A DNA stretch of 64,000 nt, taken from Oligoflexales bacterium. GTDB taxonomy: Bacteria; Bdellovibrionota_B; Oligoflexia; Oligoflexales; JAPPIL01. A model generated the notes under the pieces. It did not search any database and was not told the origin of the DNA. It saw nothing but the letters and a program-made list of their open reading frames with translations. The stretch is taken from assembly GCA_965215515.1 (NCBI GenBank), contig OZ244057.1, positions 640,001 through 704,000 on the forward strand, in the 5' to 3' direction. Positions 57,031 through 64,000 of the stretch are shown one piece after another. How positions within the stretch are numbered: position 1 is the first letter of the stretch; each line of letters begins with the position of its first letter. The position numbers and the translations under genes are program-made.

Positions 57031-59229
57031 CTAGCTATTCTCATATTCAGCTATTTTTTTCTCAAGGGCTTTTTCCAATTTTTGTAAATACTTGAGAAAG
57101 TCTACACGCCTCATTTTCTCAGGGGTAGAGGCAAGATAAACACCTTCTGTTGCGGAAGCCTCTTGCTTTATACCAATAAAAAGTTCGTGAGACATACAGG
57201 TAAGCAGGCTTCTCAGACACCTTAGGATGACAACTTCCTCGTGGCTGCTCTCTTTATTTGCATTACCAAGAGCATAGTGAAGAAAATCATACGCGGCAGA
57301 TTTTCCTCTTTCCCATGATAAGCGGGTATTTTCTGTTGAAGCCAACTTGTGGGGATGTGTTTGTTTGTCACCACTATGTGAAGCTTGAGTTTTAAGGCGG
57401 TAGATGGCAGGATTCACACGGCGCACCTTCCAGTCATAGCGTGCTGCAATTTGTTCGTGGTTAGGTTGAAAATTTTCTATCTTGGCTACATCACTGGCAA
57501 TGATAGCAGCATCTTCTGATGGCTGCCAAGGCATCCACAAATGATCAAGTTCCGCAAAAAGTGCAGCTATCGGTTGGGCTGATTGATTCTGCAACTTGAC
57601 AAGACCAGATGCTTGTAGTTCACTGAGTGCATACAGTAGCTTCTCTTGGTTTAGGCCAGTTGCCTTAGCTAACTTAGGTAGTTTAATAGCTGGATCTGTT
57701 CCATCACCATTCTTGGCATTACTGACGAAAAATCTTGCAACTCTCAATGCTGATGGAGAATAACCTGTCTCATCAGCTTGCAGATATTCTCTAGTAACTC
57801 TATATTTTCCAGTCCTAGTTGCTCCTTCAAAAACAATCATCCCAATATTGCGCAAATACTTTAAATCATCCTCAACGGTTCGCATGCCAATACCTTCAGA
57901 TTCAGTAAAGCTAGATTTTGAAAAAGAGTCGTTTTTAATACTAGAGAGCACTCTCGACAAACGCATGCTTTTTTTTGACAACATGCCCTTGTCTCCAAAG
58001 TTGAATGTTTGGCTGGATACAATTTTTTTGTAACTAACACGACGCGGAAAAATAACCTTCCAACTCGATGCGTCAATGTCAAAATCAACAGGCATGCCAG
58101 TTTCTTCTGTCAAATCACGCATTCTAGGAATACCTGTGCCAGCTTCTTCGACGTATTTAGCTCTTTGCATCAGCTTGGCGATAAGAGGATTTCTGCGCCT
58201 GCTGGCACTGCCGAAGTTTTTTTCATGCAATCCCTTCGGGTAGCCACCATAACTGCTAACTTCTACCCTATCGTCGAATATTTCTACCGTAACATTTGCT
58301 CCTTGATGTTGATAATCACGATGCGTAACAGCATTTATCAGTGCTTCACGTAATGCAAGTTGCGGTATCTCTAGAACTTCCTCCCTACGCATACTCTGTG
58401 GGGAAAACCTATATTCCAACTTTAGATGGTCATGCAAAAATATCATTGCACCCTCAATACTAGAAAGCAGATCCCTATTAAATGTTTTTGTACTGGAAAG
58501 TCTCCCTTTATCTGTTCCTCTAAAACGGGTACAGCGTATTGCAGCATGATGATGAAAACGAGATAAGTCTTTAGCGAAGAAAAGCACTCCAGCATTGCGA
58601 AAAGAAATACTCCCATTGCCTTTCCTTGCCACACCGAAATTTTCTAACAGTTGCATAGGATTGTTCCTGCTACCTCTAAAGTCAGAAGCTTCGAGAAAAG
58701 AATGGAATTTTTCTATGTCAAAATCTCTCTTGTAGTTGAAGTCAGGGCATATCTTGTTATCAAAGTAACTATCCTTTACCTCTAAAACATCAGCCCTGGT
58801 CATCTTAACGCTTCTGCTACCCACACGCTTGTAGAACACACCCTTATACTGGTGTGGCTTGTGCTCGCTTTCGTCCACGTCTATCATCACAACACAATGC
58901 CTTGTGCTGCTTAATTGGATTTCACGACAAGAAACAGAGATTGCAGGGTCACAGCTCCGTGCCATGTCTTCTACTCTCTCGATGGCATCTTCAGCTCGCT
59001 CAATTCCTACCACTCTATCGGCTGCTTTTTTGTCGGTTTTTTGGTCGGCAATACCGAGATATATCTTGCCACCACTGGTGTTTGAGAAGGCACAGATCGT
59101 CTTACCAATAGTATCGGTATACTTTTCCTTGAACTCAACACCTACGTTCTCGCCAGTAGTGACAATTTTTGCTAGGTTGACAGCCATTTTCGCACTCCAA
59201 TCAGCCATCATTGCGGTGCAAATATCCAA
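57031..59229 (-). CDS. Schlafen/AlbA_2 + HATPase_c_4 (RecG-C-like) + wHTH protein with a long C-terminal extension
   Basis: GENVGVEFKE, ICAFSNTSGGKIYLGIAD, ALREALINAVTHRDY, RRNPLIA, EEAGTGI, RTVEDDLKYL...GATRTGKY; the start may be 59187. Confidence 0.88.
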   Translation of the reverse strand: MDICTAMMADWSAKMAVNLAKIVTTGENVGVEFKEKYTDTIGKTICAFSNTSGGKIYLGIADQKTDKKAADRVVGIERAEDAIERVEDMARSCDPAISVSCREIQLSSTRHCVVMIDVDESEHKPHQYKGVFYKRVGSRSVKMTRADVLEVKDSYFDNKICPDFNYKRDFDIEKFHSFLEASDFRGSRNNPMQLLENFGVARKGNGSISFRNAGVLFFAKDLSRFHHHAAIRCTRFRGTDKGRLSSTKTFNRDLLSSIEGAMIFLHDHLKLEYRFSPQSMRREEVLEIPQLALREALINAVTHRDYQHQGANVTVEIFDDRVEVSSYGGYPKGLHEKNFGSASRRRNPLIAKLMQRAKYVEEAGTGIPRMRDLTEETGMPVDFDIDASSWKVIFPRRVSYKKIVSSQTFNFGDKGMLSKKSMRLSRVLSSIKNDSFSKSSFTESEGIGMRTVEDDLKYLRNIGMIVFEGATRTGKYRVTREYLQADETGYSPSALRVARFFVSNAKNGDGTDPAIKLPKLAKATGLNQEKLLYALSELQASGLVKLQNQSAQPIAALFAELDHLWMPWQPSEDAAIIASDVAKIENFQPNHEQIAARYDWKVRRVNPAIYRLKTQASHSGDKQTHPHKLASTENTRLSWERGKSAAYDFLHYALGNANKESSHEEVVILRCLRSLLTCMSHELFIGIKQEASATEGVYLASTPEKMRRVDFLKYLQKLEKALEKKIAEYENS

Positions 59230-59455
59230 TAATAATAGCTAGTTAAAATTTACACCGCAGTTTTGCCGCATTTGCACCGCAGTTTTGCCACATTTGCACC
59301 GCAGTTATACTACAAATCTAACAGCTACCTGTCTACAGAACAAGCATCTACCCCCATCTTTACGGAGATTAGCACTATGCGAGGTTCTTTTTGAATACAT
59401 ATATGTGGTGTAAATATCCAATGATAACAGAATGTTAAAATTTGCACCGCAATTT
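59212..59455. repeat. Composite repeat region: 22-bp tandem repeats and a duplicated 52-bp palindromic element
   Basis: ATTTRCACCGCAGTTTTGCCRC at 59248, 59270 and partial at 59292; 59212-59263 matches 59404-59455 at 43/52 positions by manual alignment. Confidence 0.85.
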
Positions 59456-59554
59456 ACTCCGCAGACGTGCCATTATCGTAGCAGGCAGGAGGCTTGCTTT
59501 TTATTAGCCTGTCGATGGTTTCGCTCCGCACCAACAAGAGCAATACTGCCACAA

Positions 59555-59800
59555 CTAGGTTGATTTCGCCGTCCTCATCCGCTTCTCGACGTAAATACCT
59601 TCTCGCCTGAGAATGGCGGTGACCGTGCTGTTATCCCATCCCTTACCTTGACGTTTGGTGGGGATCTTCATGGTGTCCAAGTAGCGGGCTATGGCTGTGA
59701 TGCTCACGCCCTCGCGATACATTTGCTTAATGGTGGCGACGGCTCGCAGTTCGGCCTTGTGGTCTACAGTCTTGTCTCTAGTCCGTCGCTTGCCATAGAT
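59555..59800 (-). pseudogene. 5'-truncated recombinase-domain gene, copy 2
   Basis: YGKRRTRDKTVDHKAELRAVATIKQMYREGVSITAIARYLDTMKIPTKRQGKGWDNSTVTAILRREG; clear paralog of copy 1, with an in-frame stop just upstream. Confidence 0.72.
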
Positions 59801-60152
59801 GCGCCACGGAGCTGGATCAGATGAGGATCAACTGTTGGCCCGCGGAGACGATGAGATGATCAGGTATATTTATTTATACCGCGATAAAGTCAGTGAGGGT
59901 GACGTTAAACAAAAAGACAGCATTTTTCTCGCGACAAACGATAGGCTATGATAAGCAAGGGCTATCTAGGCGTTCGCCACCCAAGCTACGTAGATGACTA
60001 GCTGTATTTCTAACGGATACACTCCCATTTTCAGGGAAAATCAAATTTCTATTGCCGACCCAGAAAAGGCGTATTATCCTGTAATCACATACAATTTTCA
60101 TTAAGAATCCCTTGCAACTGACCGATACGAAGGCTAAAGCGATGGTGCAGCA

Positions 60153-62978
60153 ATGCCCTACAAATACGTCAGCGCCAGCAAGAGGATGGGCAAGCCTTTG
60201 CCTCCTGGAGCAAGGGTGCAGTGTCGTGGTGCACAGTGGCTGGTGCATAATTGTGTCTATGCCGACGAGTTACAATCCTATCTCGTTGAAGTCGAAGGTA
60301 TGGAAGGATTAGTTGAGGGATTGCAGGCGAGTTTTCTTGATGCCATTGATGCGGTTGAGGTGATCGACCCTCTCGATGTAAAATTTGTGTCCGACAAAAG
60401 CCCGCAGTTCAGAGATACAAAACTGCAACTCGATCTGTGGATGCGAAAGGCTGTGCCAACAGGCAAGGGTTTGGCTATTGGACACAGAGCAGCGATCAAC
60501 ACGGAAAATTTTCAGCATGTGGCGGCTTGCAAAGCCCTCGACGATAGCAAACACTTGCGCGCTCGTATCCTCATGGCTGATGCAGTGGGACTAGGTAAAA
60601 CAATTCAAGTTGGCATCTTGCTCGCTGAGTTGATTAAAAGGCAACGTGGCAAGCGTATTCTCGTTGTCTGTCTCAAGTCGATGGCACAGCAGTTTCAAAA
60701 AGAAATTTGGTCACGTTTTGCCATTCCCCTAAAAATGCTCGATGCCAAAGAAGTAGATCGAGTTTATCACGAAATCCCTGGTAATATGAACCCTCTCGAT
60801 CGTTTTGATCGTGCCATCATCTCGATGGATACCTTGAAAGGAAAACTCAGGCGATACCTCAACAACACCCACTATGACATCATTGTCATCGACGAATGCC
60901 ATAACGTTGCACGGCGTAGCGGCACAGGCTCAGATCGGGCAAAACTTGCACGGCAACTATCAAGTATTTGCGATAACCTCATCCTCACTAGTGCTACACC
61001 GCACGACGGCAAAAAAGCAAGCTACAGTAGCCTGCTGGAGCTACTCGATCCAACTCTAGTCATCGACCCCGAAGACATCAGCAAAGACGATCTCAGCAAA
61101 ATTGCCGTGCGTCGTTTTCACAAAGATGTGCAGCTACAACAAAAAATCCCTGAACGCTGTGCACATCGTGAATATGTCCCTATCACTTCCTGTGAAGAAG
61201 AACTGCTGACAGCAATAAAGCAGGCTAACTTCAAGCGACTGTCCACCGCAACCCGTGATGCTTTATTTCGCACTACTCTAGCAAAAGCATTGTTTTCGTC
61301 ACCAGAAGCTTTTCGTTCTGTGCTTGAAAATAAAAAAAAGAAAATTGCCGATAGCGATGAGCTAAAGACAGTAGAACAACTGCTGGCACAAAGCGAACAA
61401 CTATCGCTGCAAGATACACCTAAATACCAAAAACTGAACGCAGTGCTCGATAAAATTGGCCGAAAAGAACGTGTCGTCATCTTCACTGAAAGCAAGACAA
61501 CTCAGCAAGCATTGAAAGATAATCTCCGCCGCGATCGCAAGCTAATCATAAGCGAGAAAGATCAAGAGTTCGAGGCGCAGGCAGAGCTTGTCATCATGCA
61601 TGCAGGGCTGGCAGAGGAGACCCAACAAAAAATAGTTGAAGCCTTTGCCAGCAACAACAGTAAGATAAAAATTCTCATCGCTACCGATGTTGCCTCTGAA
61701 GGGATCAACCTGCATCACTTTTGTAGTAACCTTATCCATTACGATATATCATGGTCGTTGATAACACTCGAACAACGTAATGGTCGCATTGATCGTTACG
61801 GACAGACTAAACAACCACATATCTACTACATTGTTGGGCATACAGATAAACAAGAATTAGATAAATTCAACGAACGTTATGTCGTCGATAAACTTGCCAC
61901 GAAACTTGAAAATGTTAAACAACAGCTTGGCGATGCAGGGCTAGCCATGGGGTTGTTTAGTAGCGAAAGGGAAGAAGAGAAAGTTGCAGAACAAATCGAG
62001 CAAGAAAAAGATCCTTACGATATTTTTCTCGATGATTTTGATAAGCAAGAAGTCTTTGGCACAATCGAAGATAAAACTGACAAGCCAACCTATCAAGATA
62101 GCAAGATACTGCTCAGCGACGAGGAATTTCTCAAAACATCAATGAGTTTGTTGGGCATCGAGCACACAGAAAATGAAAATACACATGTCCTGCACCACGA
62201 CAAAAAACAAGCAGATATGCTACGTCGCCCTTTTGAAAGTCTCAAAAAAGAACTAAAGCTAAAAGACGCAAAAGATTTGCAGCTTACCTGTGATGTTGAT
62301 AGAGTTAACGCTGCCATCGAGCAGGCACGTAAAGAGAGTAGTGGCTGGCCTAAGCTCAGTTACTGGTGGGAACTAAACCCACTGTGGCAAACACTTGTTC
62401 GCCGTGTCGATAGCAAGCTCAATGGCAGAGATATTCGTGTCGCAACACTCTCTAAATCTAGCAGTATGCTCTACTATGTATTGCACGGTTCAGTCACTAA
62501 CCGTCTGGGACAGTCACAAATCAGTGAATCGCAACTTGCTTGTATAGTACGAGGCCAAATAAAATTCTTCCTCGTGAGCAAAGGGCTAGAACAACTCGGC
62601 TTTACTCGTCGCGATATTCCTAATCGCGCTGCTGACATCAATGACATAACTAAGCAGTTACATGCAGATTTAACCAAGATTGTTCCTTGCTACACTAGCA
62701 AACTACAAGAATGCGGTGATACCTTGCAACAGGCACACAATCAGCAACTTCACTCTTATCAGAATGAGATCGACATTTGGCAGAAGAAAAAAACAGCTTG
62801 GCTTGAGCAAAAATATAAATCTCGCCCTCGCATCAGAGAAGAAGAAAAGAAACTCATCGAGCAAACTCATGCCAACTACCAAAATCTTATCGAGAAAAAG
62901 TTTAACCTACAATCCAAATTTCCCTACGTCAAACTGTTAGCAGTTATCATCGCTGACGAGGTGCTAGATGGCTGTTAA
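60153..62978 (+). CDS. SNF2-like helicase (DrmD-like)
   Basis: PGARVQCRGAQWLV N-terminus, ADAVGLGKT, IDECH, SATPHDG, ATDVASEGINL, EQRNGRIDRYGQ; the start may be 60186. Confidence 0.88.
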   Translation: MPYKYVSASKRMGKPLPPGARVQCRGAQWLVHNCVYADELQSYLVEVEGMEGLVEGLQASFLDAIDAVEVIDPLDVKFVSDKSPQFRDTKLQLDLWMRKAVPTGKGLAIGHRAAINTENFQHVAACKALDDSKHLRARILMADAVGLGKTIQVGILLAELIKRQRGKRILVVCLKSMAQQFQKEIWSRFAIPLKMLDAKEVDRVYHEIPGNMNPLDRFDRAIISMDTLKGKLRRYLNNTHYDIIVIDECHNVARRSGTGSDRAKLARQLSSICDNLILTSATPHDGKKASYSSLLELLDPTLVIDPEDISKDDLSKIAVRRFHKDVQLQQKIPERCAHREYVPITSCEEELLTAIKQANFKRLSTATRDALFRTTLAKALFSSPEAFRSVLENKKKKIADSDELKTVEQLLAQSEQLSLQDTPKYQKLNAVLDKIGRKERVVIFTESKTTQQALKDNLRRDRKLIISEKDQEFEAQAELVIMHAGLAEETQQKIVEAFASNNSKIKILIATDVASEGINLHHFCSNLIHYDISWSLITLEQRNGRIDRYGQTKQPHIYYIVGHTDKQELDKFNERYVVDKLATKLENVKQQLGDAGLAMGLFSSEREEEKVAEQIEQEKDPYDIFLDDFDKQEVFGTIEDKTDKPTYQDSKILLSDEEFLKTSMSLLGIEHTENENTHVLHHDKKQADMLRRPFESLKKELKLKDAKDLQLTCDVDRVNAAIEQARKESSGWPKLSYWWELNPLWQTLVRRVDSKLNGRDIRVATLSKSSSMLYYVLHGSVTNRLGQSQISESQLACIVRGQIKFFLVSKGLEQLGFTRRDIPNRAADINDITKQLHADLTKIVPCYTSKLQECGDTLQQAHNQQLHSYQNEIDIWQKKKTAWLEQKYKSRPRIREEEKKLIEQTHANYQNLIEKKFNLQSKFPYVKLLAVIIADEVLDGC

Positions 62979-64000
62979 AGGTATCTATAACGAAAACGAA
63001 TTCTATACTTTCAATTATTGGGAAACCAAACTTGCCGACCGCATCAAAGCTGAGGCCGATAGGATTACTAATCTTGAGTCAAAAATAAAAGAGATGCGCC
63101 AACTAAACAAAGCTTTCTGGCAACTGAAGGAAAAACAGCAAGCACAACAACTTAAGGCGTTTAACGGTGAATTCTTGCAACTGCTTGAATATCGTGTGCA
63201 ACCAACTGATTTTACCACTAAGCAAGATCGCTACATTACCACATTTATCGAGAACAAAGACCTCAAGTGCTTTTATCTTCGTGCTGACGATAAAGGTGAT
63301 TTTGAACAGGTTGCCTATCACGAGGTGAATGAATGTGAAGAAAAGCAAGTAGATGACCGCAGTCTTAGAGAGATTGTCGGTGAAGAACTTGATGGCAGTC
63401 ATGCCTCCGAATGGATACTGGTATGTGCCATGAATGCCTTGTTCGTCCTGCAAAAAAACAAATGGTTGTTTGGTCGGCACATTCGCATTGAGTGGCAAGA
63501 AGTTTTTATGCAGAGTGTGCAAGAACCCTTCAGATTTATTTTAACTCTGTTCTCAAAGCAGGCACTCGTTCCTGAAGATAACAACTCGCTACATCGTGAA
63601 CTCGATGAAGAAAATCACCGCCATGCCTGTGCTGTGTCTACTGATTTACGAGAAGGGGCGAAGCATAGTATTGAGATATTAGTCAACGAATTTATTTATC
63701 AGAAGCGAGAGGCACGGCAGAAATATCTCACCGATAACGCACCGCGATATGCCCATGAACTGACACATGATGCCTTGTATTACGTCTATCGCTTGATTTT
63801 TCTGCTTTATCTTGAAGCTCGTCCTGAAGAAAGCGTGCTCTTGCCACTCAAATCTCCTACTTACAAGCAAGGCTATAGCATTGATAAACTATTGGAAACT
63901 GTCTTTTATGATATGCAAGAAGGAGATATTGATTACAACAGCTACTTTCTCAGTGAGAGCCTCAAAAAAATCTTTGCTCTTGTCTACCATGGTTTTGAAG
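62968..64000 (+). CDS. N-terminal part of a large type IIG/DrmMI-like DNA methyltransferase (runs off the window)
   Basis: ATG overlaps the helicase end; MAVKGIYNENEFYTFNYW...LDEENHRHACAVSTDL...YVYRLIFLLYLEARPE...YKQGYS; catalytic motifs are not within the window. Confidence 0.72.
   Translation, partial: MAVKGIYNENEFYTFNYWETKLADRIKAEADRITNLESKIKEMRQLNKAFWQLKEKQQAQQLKAFNGEFLQLLEYRVQPTDFTTKQDRYITTFIENKDLKCFYLRADDKGDFEQVAYHEVNECEEKQVDDRSLREIVGEELDGSHASEWILVCAMNALFVLQKNKWLFGRHIRIEWQEVFMQSVQEPFRFILTLFSKQALVPEDNNSLHRELDEENHRHACAVSTDLREGAKHSIEILVNEFIYQKREARQKYLTDNAPRYAHELTHDALYYVYRLIFLLYLEARPEESVLLPLKSPTYKQGYSIDKLLETVFYDMQEGDIDYNSYFLSESLKKIFALVYHGFE

Noticed and set aside
59248..59306. Plasmid iterons / replication origin
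   Set aside because: Only about 2.7 copies, and no rep gene is recognisable nearby

Overview
This is a bacterial chromosomal window. The gene content (GltD/GltE-like TPR pair, PDZ-type GspC, CHASE2-like cyclase with PilZ, BatD/E, LysC-LysA fusion) suggests a Bdellovibrionota/Oligoflexia-like organism, possibly host-associated; this is inference, not a classification. Positions 1-55750 are mostly housekeeping and envelope genes: exbD, a heterodimeric ABC exporter, rnj, livKHMGF, enoyl-CoA hydratase, lysC-lysA, clpP-asnS, prlC, acyl-CoA dehydrogenase, batDE, bcp, azurin, kdsB, agmatinase, an M16 peptidase, tRNA-Lys and tRNA-Glu, pgsA, a PfkB kinase, gspC and acnA. Unusual orphans are interspersed: an 1103-aa protein built from about 10 tandem HTH-like modules, a putative sigma/anti-sigma fusion, two exported proteins with a doubled leader (one a pseudo-protease with a KxATTWGxIK tail), a PD-(D/E)XK-like protein with a coding VNTR, and a 29-bp hairpin VNTR upstream of lysC-lysA. 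From about 55760 to the end is an AT-richer defence/mobile island. It holds an Rpn remnant, two decayed recombinase-domain genes, a Schlafen/AlbA_2-GHKL-wHTH protein with a structured repeat region upstream, and a DISARM class I-like SNF2 helicase followed by the start of a large methyltransferase. All calls come from motifs read by eye; no database searches were run.
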